This document shows, one piece after another, positions 1 through 9,108 of a stretch of 64,000 bases of DNA (positions are counted from its first letter, which is position 1; the number at the start of each line of letters is the position of its first letter). Source of the DNA: Steroidobacteraceae bacterium (lineage in GTDB: Bacteria; Pseudomonadota; Gammaproteobacteria; Steroidobacterales; Steroidobacteraceae); NCBI GenBank assembly GCA_049425405.1, contig JBMSXG010000001.1:104812-168811 (forward strand). Reading direction: 5' to 3'. The translations under genes were made by a program, and so were the position numbers. Below the pieces are notes generated by a model. The model saw only the letters and a program-made list of their open reading frames with translations, was not told the origin of the DNA and made no database searches.

Positions 1-379
1 GCTGCTCGGAGCCGGCTTCCTCGTGATGATGTGGGCGGCGCAGCTCGTTGTCGCTTCGGGTGGCAAGGTTGCACCGACCTGGCTGTTGCTCACCTATCTG
101 CTACACACCTTCGGTGAGTTATGTCTCTCGCCAGTGGGCCTGTCGAACGTCACCAAACTGGCACCGAAGCGTTACGTCGGACAGATGATGGGCACATGGT
201 TCCTGGGTGCCGCGGTCGGTAATGCGCTGGCGGGTCTGATCGGCGGTCACGTCGGCGCGGGTGAAGCCGCAGCGATGCCGTCGCAGTTTCTGCAGATGTG
301 CTTCATCGCGGGCGGCGTTGGGCTCCTGCTGATCCTCGCCTCGCCCCAACTGAAGCGGCTGACGGGCGAGCGCTCATGA
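1..379 (+). CDS. POT/PTR2-family proton-dependent peptide transporter, C-terminal fragment (gene begins left of window)
   Basis: Frame open to window edge. TM-rich tail FGELCLSPVGLS..KLAP..MMGTWFLGAAVGN is typical of DtpA/DtpT-type permeases. Stop 377-379 overlaps the next ATG (ATGA). Confidence 0.75.
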   Translation, partial: LLGAGFLVMMWAAQLVVASGGKVAPTWLLLTYLLHTFGELCLSPVGLSNVTKLAPKRYVGQMMGTWFLGAAVGNALAGLIGGHVGAGEAAAMPSQFLQMCFIAGGVGLLLILASPQLKRLTGERS

Positions 380-2301
380 TCCCGGGCGCGGCGGCGCCGC
401 AGCTCACGCTACGCGCGATCGTACTGGCGATCGTGCTCGCGATGATCCTCGCGGCCGCTAACACCTATCTCGGGCTGTTCGCCGGTATGACCATTGCATC
501 GGCGATTCCGGCGGCCGTCGTATCGATGGCCGTGCTGCGCCTGCTCGGAGGCGGCGGCATCCTCGAAAACAATATCGTGCAGACCGGCGCATCGGCGGGT
601 TCCTCGATTGCCTCTGGTGTGATCTTTACGCTGCCGGCGCTCGTGATCCTTGGCTTCTGGCAAGACTTCGCCTATGCCTGGGTGCTCGCGATCGCCGGTC
701 TTGGCGGTCTGCTCGGCCTGCTGTTCTCGGTGCCGTTGCGACGCGCTCTGATCGTCGAGCAGAAACTCGCCTTCCCCGAGGGCCAGGCAGCAGCCGAGGT
801 CTTAAAGGCGGGCGAGAACCCCTCGCAAGGTCTGCGTATCCTCGGTGGCGGCGCACTCGGTGGTGCGTTCGCCAAACTCGCTGCCGGCAGCGGCCTGAAA
901 CTCATTCCCGATACCGCTGCCAGTGCCGGCTACGCGGGATCCTATCTCGGTTTCGTCGGGACCAATCTCTCTCCCGCTCTGCTCAGCGTCGGCTACATCG
1001 TCGGGCTCAACGTCGGCATCGTCGCGCTCGGCGGCGCGATGATCTCGTGGAATATCGCCATCCCGCTGTATGTCGCCAACGTGTTACCCACGAATGTCGA
1101 GCTTGCACAAGCAGCCGCGGGGCTCGATGCCGAATCGCTTGCGGGACTCATCTGGTCAAAGCAGATCCGCTACCTCGGTGTCGGTGCGATGCTGGTGGGC
1201 GGCATTTGGGCACTGATCTCACTCCGTCATTCATTGCTCTCGGGCGTACGTAGCGGGCTTGCAGCGGCTCGTGCGAGCGCAGCCGGTCAAACGATCGATC
1301 ATACCGAGCAAGATCTATCAATGAAGTCGGTGCTGATCGGCATCCTGCTTTTCACTCTGCCGCTCTGGGCGCTTTACCAAACGATCGTCGGCTCACTGGC
1401 CGTGAGCCTACCGATGACGCTCATCATGATCGTCACCGGATTTCTTTTTTGTTCGGTATCCGCCTACATGGCTGGCCTCGTTGGCTCGTCGAACAACCCG
1501 GTCTCGGGCATCACCATCGCGACCATCCTGTTCTCGGCAGTGGTGCTGTTGCTGATGATGGGCCCAGACAGCGCGATAGGTCCCGTTGCGGCAATCATGA
1601 TTGGTGCGGTCGTGTGCTGTGCAGCCTGTATCGCCGGCGACAATCTGCAGGATCTTAAATGCGGCTACATCGTCGGCGCGACGCCTTGGCGTCAGCAGGT
1701 GATGCTCGGTATTGGCGCGGCAAGCAGTGCGCTGGTGATGGCGCCGGTGCTGAATCTACTCGCACAGGCCTACGGTATCGGCGTGCCGAGCGAGGCTCAC
1801 CCGAATCCGCTGCTTGCACCGCAGGCGACGTTGATGGCCTCGGTATCTCAGGGTCTGTTCGGAGGTGTGCTGCCGTGGGGGATGATCGCGATCGGCGCGG
1901 CGATCGGCGTGCTGATCATCGTCATCGACGAAATACTCAAGGCGCGCAGCTCGAGTTTTCGCACCCCGGTACTGGCAGTGGCGGTCGGCATCTACCTGCC
2001 AATCGAACTGATGACGCCTATTTTCCTGGGCGGCCTGCTCGGCTTTCTCGCCGAGCGCACGCTCAAGCGGCGTGGCGCAGACGCATCGACGCTCGAGCAA
2101 AGTCATCGACGCGGGTTGCTGTTCGCTGCCGGTATGATCACCGGTGAGGCCTTGATGGGTATCGCGATCGCGGTGCCGATCGTTACCTCGGGATCTGCCG
2201 ACGTGCTCGCGCTGCCCGAGGCGCTGCACTTCGGTGAGTGGCTCGGACTGCTGGTGCTCGCCATCCTCGCGCTGCGACTGCACCGCACCGCGACGCGTTG
2301 A
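376..2301 (+). CDS. OPT-family oligopeptide transporter
   Basis: 641 aa polytopic protein. NTYLGLFAGMTIASAIPAAVVSMAVL and SNNPVSGITIATIL motifs are characteristic of bacterial OPT transporters. Start set at ATG 376 (ATGA coupling) rather than ORF-track 298. Confidence 0.85.
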   Translation: MIPGAAAPQLTLRAIVLAIVLAMILAAANTYLGLFAGMTIASAIPAAVVSMAVLRLLGGGGILENNIVQTGASAGSSIASGVIFTLPALVILGFWQDFAYAWVLAIAGLGGLLGLLFSVPLRRALIVEQKLAFPEGQAAAEVLKAGENPSQGLRILGGGALGGAFAKLAAGSGLKLIPDTAASAGYAGSYLGFVGTNLSPALLSVGYIVGLNVGIVALGGAMISWNIAIPLYVANVLPTNVELAQAAAGLDAESLAGLIWSKQIRYLGVGAMLVGGIWALISLRHSLLSGVRSGLAAARASAAGQTIDHTEQDLSMKSVLIGILLFTLPLWALYQTIVGSLAVSLPMTLIMIVTGFLFCSVSAYMAGLVGSSNNPVSGITIATILFSAVVLLLMMGPDSAIGPVAAIMIGAVVCCAACIAGDNLQDLKCGYIVGATPWRQQVMLGIGAASSALVMAPVLNLLAQAYGIGVPSEAHPNPLLAPQATLMASVSQGLFGGVLPWGMIAIGAAIGVLIIVIDEILKARSSSFRTPVLAVAVGIYLPIELMTPIFLGGLLGFLAERTLKRRGADASTLEQSHRRGLLFAAGMITGEALMGIAIAVPIVTSGSADVLALPEALHFGEWLGLLVLAILALRLHRTATR

Positions 2302-2327
2302 GCCCGAGCGCGACGTCGCGGCGGGCG

Positions 2328-3263
2328 ATGCTGATCGCCTGCCTCGCTACGATCTACCTTGTGTGGGGATCGAGTTACCTGGTCACCAAGATCGGGGTGA
2401 GCCGGCTGCCGCCGTTCTTGTTCGGCGGTGTCCGTTTCATGCTCGGCGGGGCGCTGCTCTTCACGGTCGCCGTCATCTTGGCTCGACGCCAAGCTCGGCC
2501 CGCGCCGCGCCCTACCGCGCTCGATTTACGTCATCTAATCATCGTTGGAAGCTGCGCCGTTTTCATCTCGAACGGCGGCAATATTTGGGGCGTACAGTAC
2601 GTGCCGTCGAACCTCGCGGCGCTTCTCAACGTGTCTGCCGCCTTCTGGATCCCGATTCTCGGAATGTTCGGTGCCCGCGCCCACCGTATCGATGTTCGCG
2701 TGGCTCTCGGGTTGCTTACAGGCTTTGCGGGCACGGTGTTCGTCGCCGTACCGGGTGCCGAAGCCTCAACGCAGGCTGCTTACGGCGTCGGCGTATGGCC
2801 GGTGATCGCGATTCTCGCTGGCTGTATCGGCTGGTCAGCCGGCACGATCTATCAGCGCAATATCGACACATCACTTGATCTGCTCACCTTCACTGCACTG
2901 CAGATGTTCTTCGGCGGGATACTGCTACTCGCCGCAGGGATCGCTCTAGGCGAGACGACTCGGTGGAGCTGGGATCCGCTGGCTCTCGCGGCTCTGCTCT
3001 ATATGACGGTGTTCAGCTCCTGCATCGGCTACACCGCGTACGCCTGGCTCGCAGTGAACGCGACTCCTGCGCAGGTCGGCACTTATGGCTTCGTGAATCC
3101 AGTGATCGCGATCCTGCTGGGTGACTGGTTACTCGATGAGTCGCTGACGCAGCTACAGCTCGTCGGTAGCGCAGTGGTTTTGGTGGCAATGCTGCTCATC
3201 CACTGGCGGGGCAGCGCTCGACCAGCGGCTCAGAGCGCAGACGCTCGAGATCCACCGCCGTGA
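2328..3263 (+). CDS. DMT/EamA-family transporter
   Basis: About 10 TM helices in two EamA-like halves (YLVWGSSYLVTK..., GYTAYAWLAV). Start chosen at internal ATG 2328; upstream residues are Arg/Ala-rich junk. Confidence 0.8.
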   Translation: MLIACLATIYLVWGSSYLVTKIGVSRLPPFLFGGVRFMLGGALLFTVAVILARRQARPAPRPTALDLRHLIIVGSCAVFISNGGNIWGVQYVPSNLAALLNVSAAFWIPILGMFGARAHRIDVRVALGLLTGFAGTVFVAVPGAEASTQAAYGVGVWPVIAILAGCIGWSAGTIYQRNIDTSLDLLTFTALQMFFGGILLLAAGIALGETTRWSWDPLALAALLYMTVFSSCIGYTAYAWLAVNATPAQVGTYGFVNPVIAILLGDWLLDESLTQLQLVGSAVVLVAMLLIHWRGSARPAAQSADARDPPP

Positions 3264-3984
3264 CACTGCGTCGCGCGCGCTGTGGGAACTCGATCACGGC
3301 TATCTGATAGTCGCCCGATAGATCGCGGATATTGGTCAGACCCTCGTAGCGCAGCAACACACGGTCGGACTGTCGATAGCTCACCTCGATGTAGGGCAGA
3401 AACCAACCGAGTACACCGGAGAGGTTGAGGCGGATCACGCTCGCGGGCTGCCCGTCGATACGTGTCTCACGATTTTTTTTGACTTTGAAGCTGAGGTAGT
3501 CAAGCCGCGCGGGAACGAGGAATGGGAATCGCACCGTCTTGCCGGCCTCGAGTTCGTTCCAATGCTTGCGGACAAACTCGTCGAAACCGGCGTCCGAGAC
3601 TATGACGATATTGGCTGGCACCTTCGCTTCGCGACGCGGCATGTCCGCACGCTCCTGCTGAAAGACCCGCAGCCCCGTCGGCGTGCGTCGCAGACCCTCA
3701 ACGTAGCCACTACGTCCATCGCGAAAGGTGAACTCCGGCTCCTCGCGCACAGCGCCGTAGCTGAGTTCCTTGCGGGCAAACGCCTCGCCACCGACGCTGC
3801 AGCGGTACATCACAACTCGGGTCTCACCGACACGGCCAAAATCCCGCACTGCATGTTGCTCGAGGTAGAGCAGGCTCCCGTCGCTGCGCGAGCGCGCCTC
3901 GCCGCGGAACTCGAGGCTCGAGCCCTCGAGCGGCTCGATCAACAGTGCCATCAGCAACCCTCCGAGCAGAGGTGCGTGTCGCAT
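3196..3984 (-). CDS. hypothetical exported protein (signal peptide, beta-rich, no family recognised)
   Basis: N-terminal MRHAPLLGGLLMALLIEPLEG looks like a signal peptide. Composition looks coding. I recognise no motif. Confidence 0.55.
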   Translation of the reverse strand: MRHAPLLGGLLMALLIEPLEGSSLEFRGEARSRSDGSLLYLEQHAVRDFGRVGETRVVMYRCSVGGEAFARKELSYGAVREEPEFTFRDGRSGYVEGLRRTPTGLRVFQQERADMPRREAKVPANIVIVSDAGFDEFVRKHWNELEAGKTVRFPFLVPARLDYLSFKVKKNRETRIDGQPASVIRLNLSGVLGWFLPYIEVSYRQSDRVLLRYEGLTNIRDLSGDYQIAVIEFPQRARRSVTAVDLERLRSEPLVERCPASG

Positions 3985-3993
3985 CGGGTTTCC

Positions 3994-4365
3994 TCAGCGT
4001 CGCACCGAGAGTCGATCAAGACCTCGGGTACCGATGAACCACGAGCCGATCCATCCCGTGAGTGTGACCACAAGCGCGCCCCAAAATGCACTGCCGAAAC
4101 CAGTGAGGGTGAATCCCGGGATCATCGCTGCAACGAGCGCCAGCATGGCGGCGTTGACGACCAGCAGGAACAGACCGAGCGTCACCACGCTGATCGGTAA
4201 TGTGAGCACGATCACGAGCGGACGGACGAACGCATTCACGATACCGAGTACGGCCGCCGTCACGAGTAGTGTCAGGGCGCTGTCGATGCGCAGCCCCTCC
4301 ACCCACAGGGTGGCCAGCCACAATCCGAAGGCCGCAATCACTGCCCGAAGTACGAATCCGGTCAT
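3994..4365 (-). CDS. YvlD-like / phage-holin-4 superfamily (PF04020-type) small membrane protein
   Basis: GIVNAFVRPLVIVLTLPISVVTLGLFLLVVNAAMLALVA closely resembles the B. subtilis YvlD family core. Start at internal ATG 4365. Confidence 0.75.
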   Translation of the reverse strand: MTGFVLRAVIAAFGLWLATLWVEGLRIDSALTLLVTAAVLGIVNAFVRPLVIVLTLPISVVTLGLFLLVVNAAMLALVAAMIPGFTLTGFGSAFWGALVVTLTGWIGSWFIGTRGLDRLSVRR

Positions 4366-4452
4366 GCTGTAGAAACCCCTTTGGGAACCGTTCGCGTCGC
4401 GCGCTATGCTGCGCGCTCGGGGTTCGACCCGCAACACGTCAGGGGGTTCCAC

Positions 4453-4848
4453 ATGTCATACGCACCGATCCATTTCGTCATGCTGCTCGCCTTGCTCGAA
4501 TACTTCGTGTTCCTGCTGGCCGTGGGCCGGGCACGGCATCGCTTCGGTGTAGCGGCACCGGCAACCAGCGGCAACGCCGACTTCGAGCGCTATTACCGGG
4601 TGCAAATGAACACCCTCGAGCTATTGGTGATCTTCATTCCGGCACTGTGGACCTTCGCGCTGTTCGTCAGCGAGCCGGTCGCGGCAGCACTCGGTCTCGT
4701 GTTCGTACTCGGCCGTCTGCTCTACTTCACGGGCTACACGAAGGCCGCCAACAAACGCAGCCTCGGCTTTGCGATTTCGTCGGTGCCGATGATCGTGCTG
4801 CTGGTGGGCGGATTGATCGGCGCTGCGCGCGCGGCCCTGGTGAGTTAG
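4453..4848 (+). CDS. MAPEG-family membrane protein (glutathione-transferase-like)
   Basis: 131 aa, 4 TM. NTLE..P and GR.LY..GY motifs of MAPEG. AGGGGG Shine-Dalgarno 6 nt upstream of ATG 4453. Confidence 0.7.
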   Translation: MSYAPIHFVMLLALLEYFVFLLAVGRARHRFGVAAPATSGNADFERYYRVQMNTLELLVIFIPALWTFALFVSEPVAAALGLVFVLGRLLYFTGYTKAANKRSLGFAISSVPMIVLLVGGLIGAARAALVS

Positions 4849-5492
4849 CGCCGCAGACGGGCACGCAGCGCAACAAAACCGACCGGTAGCAGCGATCCGA
4901 ACACGATCGTGAGCGTGACGAGACCGAAATTGTCTCGCACCCACGGAATGTTGCCGAACAAATAGCCGCCGCCGAGAAATAGGCTGACCCAAGAGCAGGC
5001 GCCGAGCACGTTGTACGTCTGGAAACGACCGTAGTGCATGCGTGCGACGCCGGCTACAAAGGGTGCGAAGGTGCGCAAGATCGGCAGGAAGCGCGACAGC
5101 ACGACCGTCTTGCCGCCGTGCTTGGCGAAGTACGCCTCGGTCTGACGCAGATAGTCGACCTTCAGCAATCGATAGCGCCCGCTGAAGGCCGGTGGCCCGA
5201 TGAACTTGCCGATCGCATAGTTACAGCTGTTGCCGAGAATCGCGGCTACGACCAGCAGCGCGGCCGCGGTGCTGGCATCGAGGTTGCCGCTGGTATCGAT
5301 GGCCGCTAGCGTGCCGACGGCGAACAGCAACGAGTCACCGGGTAACCAAGGTGTGACCACGAGGCCGGTCTCGGCAAAAACGATCAGAAACAGGATGGCA
5401 TACAGCCACACGCCGTACTGCTTGAGCAGCATCACGAGGTGTGTATCGAGATTCAGGATTAAATCGAGCGGAAACTGCAGTAGTTCGATCAT
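4845..5492 (-). CDS. DedA/SNARE-associated family membrane protein
   Basis: FAETGLVVTPWLPGDSLLF and LSRFLPILRTFAPFVAG are DedA signatures. Confidence 0.85.
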   Translation of the reverse strand: MIELLQFPLDLILNLDTHLVMLLKQYGVWLYAILFLIVFAETGLVVTPWLPGDSLLFAVGTLAAIDTSGNLDASTAAALLVVAAILGNSCNYAIGKFIGPPAFSGRYRLLKVDYLRQTEAYFAKHGGKTVVLSRFLPILRTFAPFVAGVARMHYGRFQTYNVLGACSWVSLFLGGGYLFGNIPWVRDNFGLVTLTIVFGSLLPVGFVALRARLRR

Positions 5493-6727
5493 GTTCGCGG
5501 TGCGGGGTTAGAGCTGGCCCGCAGCATGTTGCGCCAGGCGGCGATCACCTGAGGATCGCTCTCGGGCGCCTCCTCGCGCGGGGGTGAGGCGGGCAGCATC
5601 ACATCCGGTTCGATGCCGCGCTCATTGATGAGCGTACCGGATGGCGTCGCATAGCGCGAGGTGGTGAGTTTGAGCGCGTGCCCGTCGGCAAGCGGCACTA
5701 CGGTCTGAACCGAACCCTTGCCATAGGTGCGTTGGCCGAAAATGCGTGCGCGGCGCTGATCCTTGAGCGCGCCGGCGAGAATCTCGGCAGCGGATGCCGA
5801 TCCACGATCGACGAGCACCGCCAGCGGCACGCCTGCGAGCATCTCTCCCGGGGTCGCCGTCAGGCGAAACTGCGCGGACTGAGACCGTCCGACACCCGAG
5901 ACGATGACTCCCGACTCGAGCAACGTATCGGCAATAGCGACTGCGGCTTCGAATACCCCGCCCGGATTGTTGCGCAGGTCCAGCACCACCAGGCGCAGCG
6001 GACCAGGTTGCTGCAACGTCACGAGCTGGCGCTCAAACTCCTGTGCCGTCGTCTCGCTGAAGGAAGCGATGCGCACATAGGCCACTGCGGGTGCGAGCAC
6101 TCGACTCGATACGCTCTGCACAGCAACGCGGGCTCGCTCGAGTGCAACGTTGACGACCTCCTCAGTGTCGGCACGTCGCAACGTCAGACGAACCAACGAG
6201 CCCGGGGGGCCGCGCATCTGCTCGATGGCGGCCATCACGTCACGACCGACCGGCTCCTCATCGATTCGCAGGATCACATCGTCCTTACGTATCCCGGCAC
6301 GCAGCGCCGGCGAGTCGGCCAGCGTGCGCAATACTTTGATTGTCTCGCCCTCGGCGATGACCTCGATACCGATACCCGGGTAATTGCCGGCGGCCGCGCG
6401 TCTTAGATCCTCGTACTCACGCCGATCGAGATAGGCCGAGTAGGAATCGAGTGTGCCTACCATCGCGCGCAAGGCGGCATCAACGAGTCGATCCGCGGGG
6501 ACCTCATCCACATAATCGGCCTGCACCTTGTCGAAGATCTCTGCGAGACGGCTTTCTACGCTCGGCGCCAGCGAGCGGGCAGAGCCGGGCGACTGCGCAG
6601 GCGGACGGTCGATCGGTACGGTGTCAGCAGGCGCGCTCGCCGAGCGGGACCACCACATCCAGCTGAGCGTCGCGCCGAGCAACAGGCCGATCAGCAACAC
6701 CAACAGTGAACGCAGGCGCGGACTCAT
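5489..6727 (-). CDS. ctpA: S41-family carboxy-terminal processing peptidase
   Basis: PDZ segment plus LDLRNNPGG and GSASAAEI (Ser) / KG (Lys) catalytic motifs. ATGA overlaps on both sides. Confidence 0.85.
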   Translation of the reverse strand: MSPRLRSLLVLLIGLLLGATLSWMWWSRSASAPADTVPIDRPPAQSPGSARSLAPSVESRLAEIFDKVQADYVDEVPADRLVDAALRAMVGTLDSYSAYLDRREYEDLRRAAAGNYPGIGIEVIAEGETIKVLRTLADSPALRAGIRKDDVILRIDEEPVGRDVMAAIEQMRGPPGSLVRLTLRRADTEEVVNVALERARVAVQSVSSRVLAPAVAYVRIASFSETTAQEFERQLVTLQQPGPLRLVVLDLRNNPGGVFEAAVAIADTLLESGVIVSGVGRSQSAQFRLTATPGEMLAGVPLAVLVDRGSASAAEILAGALKDQRRARIFGQRTYGKGSVQTVVPLADGHALKLTTSRYATPSGTLINERGIEPDVMLPASPPREEAPESDPQVIAAWRNMLRASSNPAPRT

Positions 6728-7872
6728 GGCTGTCGCGTTGCGAACCAGGGCTGCGGATCGATCGGGCGTGCACCCTGGCGAATTTCGAAGTAGAGCTCGG
6801 TGCGCGTGCGACCACCCGAATCACCGACCGCGCCGATCGTGTCACCGGCGTTGACCGAATCGCCCACGGCGCGGAAGAGCTGCTCGTTATGACCATAGAG
6901 ACTGAGGAAGCCGCCCCCGTGATCGACGATCATGAGCAGACCGAGACCGGCGAGCCAATCGGCAAACACCACTCGTCCACGATGTACGACCCGTACTGGC
7001 GTGCCGCGCTCGGCGGCGATCATCACGCCATCCCACTTAACCGACCCGGCGCGCGGCTGGCCGAATCGGGCCACCACCCGACCCGCGGCTGGCCAGGCCA
7101 ACTTGCCGCGCAGCTGTGCGAACGGACTGGTGTTGTCCTGCGGAAAGCGCTGCGTGGTTCGGCGCAACTCACGCAGTAGTTTTTCGAGTGCCGCTTGCTC
7201 ACGTTGTAGGCGCTGCAGGCTCGCGGCCCGCGCACGGCTCTCTTGCTGCAGTCGGGCGAGAACCTCACTGCGTTCGCTGCGTGCCTGATCAAGCCGCTCA
7301 AGCTCGCCTGTCTGCTCGCGCTCGAGCGTTTCGAGTCGTAACTGCTCGACGCCCAGTGCCTGCTCGAGTGCTGCGAGCTGCCGGACGTTCGTCTCGATGT
7401 TGGTGAGCAACTGGGCACGAGCCCGACCGAGATAGCCGTGATAGTTGAATAGCCGAGCGCCGCGTTGCGGATCTTCCTGATCGAGCAACAAACGCAGCGG
7501 CTCCTCACGTCCGATCAGATAGGCGGCACGCAACTGTGCGGCGAGTGCCTTGCGCTCACGCGCCAACTCGAGCGTCCGCTGACGCTGCTGCGCGGCAAGC
7601 TCGGCCCGGCGGCGTTCGCGCGTTTCACGCTCGCCACGTAGACGCTGCAGACTGGCGCGCGCCGATGAGGAGGATTCTTCCGCGGAGCGCAGCTCGCGCG
7701 TGAGGCGGTCTCGCTCAGTGGCATCAGCCGCCACCTGCCCGCGGATACGTTCGATCTCACTGCGCAGCTCGCGCAGGTCCGCCTCGGTCCGGGCGGCATC
7801 CTGGGCGACGCCGAAGGCACCGAGCAGGCATAGGCCGCCCACCGCGGCGAACCTCATTGAACGGCCTCGCAT
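6724..7872 (-). CDS. envC: EnvC-like murein hydrolase activator (coiled-coil plus M23/LytM domain)
   Basis: Long Arg/Glu/Leu coiled coil, then C-terminal M23 domain (VDHGGGFLSLYGHN). Start uncertain: 7872 or 7857 give a good signal peptide, while 7899 is the ORF maximum. Confidence 0.8.
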   Translation of the reverse strand: MRGRSMRFAAVGGLCLLGAFGVAQDAARTEADLRELRSEIERIRGQVAADATERDRLTRELRSAEESSSSARASLQRLRGERETRERRRAELAAQQRQRTLELARERKALAAQLRAAYLIGREEPLRLLLDQEDPQRGARLFNYHGYLGRARAQLLTNIETNVRQLAALEQALGVEQLRLETLEREQTGELERLDQARSERSEVLARLQQESRARAASLQRLQREQAALEKLLRELRRTTQRFPQDNTSPFAQLRGKLAWPAAGRVVARFGQPRAGSVKWDGVMIAAERGTPVRVVHRGRVVFADWLAGLGLLMIVDHGGGFLSLYGHNEQLFRAVGDSVNAGDTIGAVGDSGGRTRTELYFEIRQGARPIDPQPWFATRQP

Positions 7873-7884
7873 GGAGCGAAATTG

Positions 7885-7890
7885 TATAAT
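7885..7890 (+). promoter_or_regulatory. perfect TATAAT -10 hexamer, 7 nt upstream of the yibN-like ATG
   Basis: attgTATAATccacaccATG. No SD in the 7 nt between. -35 not convincing. Confidence 0.4.
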
Positions 7891-7897
7891 CCACACC

Positions 7898-8335
7898 ATG
7901 GAAAATCTGCCCGATTACATCGCTAATCACCCCTGGCTCGTCTCCATGGCGGCACTCGCAGCCGTACTGGTGATCGTGTTCGAGGTACGGGCACGCCGCG
8001 ATGCCTTTGGCGCCATCTCCGCCCAGGATCTGATCCGGCTGCAAAACCAAGGCGCCCTGCTCGTCGATCTGCGTGCGCCCGATGCCTATTCGACGGGTCA
8101 TATCGCCGGTGCGCGTCGGATGGATTCGGCCGAGATGCTCTCCGCCAGCGATACCCTGAAGAAATACAAGGAAAAACCCTTGATCGTGTACTGTGAGTCC
8201 GGCTCGACCGGTGCGGCCGCCGCCCGAGTGCTCGCAGGACAGGGGTTCAAGCAGGCGTTCAATCTGCGCGGTGGTGTGACCGCTTGGCGCACCGAAAACC
8301 TGCCGCTGACCAGTGGCAAGGAAAAGGCCGTATGA
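7898..8335 (+). CDS. yibN: YibN-like membrane-anchored rhodanese-domain protein
   Basis: Same architecture and N-terminus as E. coli YibN (N-terminal TM, rhodanese with CESG active-site loop). Sits in the conserved yibN-grxC-secB-gpsA order. Confidence 0.85.
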   Translation: MENLPDYIANHPWLVSMAALAAVLVIVFEVRARRDAFGAISAQDLIRLQNQGALLVDLRAPDAYSTGHIAGARRMDSAEMLSASDTLKKYKEKPLIVYCESGSTGAAAARVLAGQGFKQAFNLRGGVTAWRTENLPLTSGKEKAV

Positions 8336-8610
8336 GCGCCGCCAAAATCGTCATGTACAGCAGCAACTGGTGTCCTTACTGTCTGCGTGCGCGGCGTCTG
8401 CTGCAGTCGAAAGGTGTGGCGTTCGAAGAGATCGACGTCGATGCAGACCCGCAGCGACGCCAGGATATGCGGCAGCGCAGCGGGCGGCACACGGTGCCGC
8501 AGATCTTCATCGGCGCGCGTCACGTTGGCGGCTGCGACGACTTACATGCCCTCGATGCTGCCGGTCAGCTCGATCCCCTGATTTTTCCCGAGGTGACTTC
8601 GCATGGCTGA
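8332..8610 (+). CDS. grxC: glutaredoxin 3
   Basis: CPYC active site, TVPQIFI, GGCDD motifs. ATGA overlap with yibN stop. Confidence 0.9.
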   Translation: MSAAKIVMYSSNWCPYCLRARRLLQSKGVAFEEIDVDADPQRRQDMRQRSGRHTVPQIFIGARHVGGCDDLHALDAAGQLDPLIFPEVTSHG

Positions 8611-9103
8611 TCCGAATCCCAAAGCCGATGGCGCGAGCGCGCCGCAGGCCGATCCGAACGCTCCGGAATTCTCGATCCAATCGGTTTACCTCAAGGACGC
8701 CTCCTTCGAAGCGCCAAAAGGCCCGCGTGTCGAAGGTGCCTGGAATCCGAATATCAACCTCGATCTGAACACCGCGTCGGAGTCGGTCTCCCCCGAACTG
8801 CGCGAAGTCGTCCTCACGGTCAGTGTCTCTGCCAAACTCGGTGAATCGACGGCGTTCGTGGTCGAGGTGAAGCAAGCCGGTCTGTTCGTCGTGCGTAATC
8901 TCGTCGAGGGTGACTATCGACGTGCCGTCGCAAGCGTCGCCCCGACCATTCTCTTCCCGTATGCGCGAGCGGTCGTCGCGCAACTCGTCTCGCTCGGCGG
9001 CTTCCCGCAGCTGATGCTGCCGCCAGTCAACTTCGACCTGCTGTATGCCCGCGCCGTTGCCGAAGGGCAGCAGACCGCGCAACAGTCGGGCCTGAATAGC
9101 TGA
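8603..9103 (+). CDS. secB: protein-export chaperone SecB
   Basis: FSIQSVYLKDASFEAP ... ILFPYARAVV are typical SecB motifs. Confidence 0.9.
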   Translation: MADPNPKADGASAPQADPNAPEFSIQSVYLKDASFEAPKGPRVEGAWNPNINLDLNTASESVSPELREVVLTVSVSAKLGESTAFVVEVKQAGLFVVRNLVEGDYRRAVASVAPTILFPYARAVVAQLVSLGGFPQLMLPPVNFDLLYARAVAEGQQTAQQSGLNS

Positions 9104-9108
9104 GCCGC

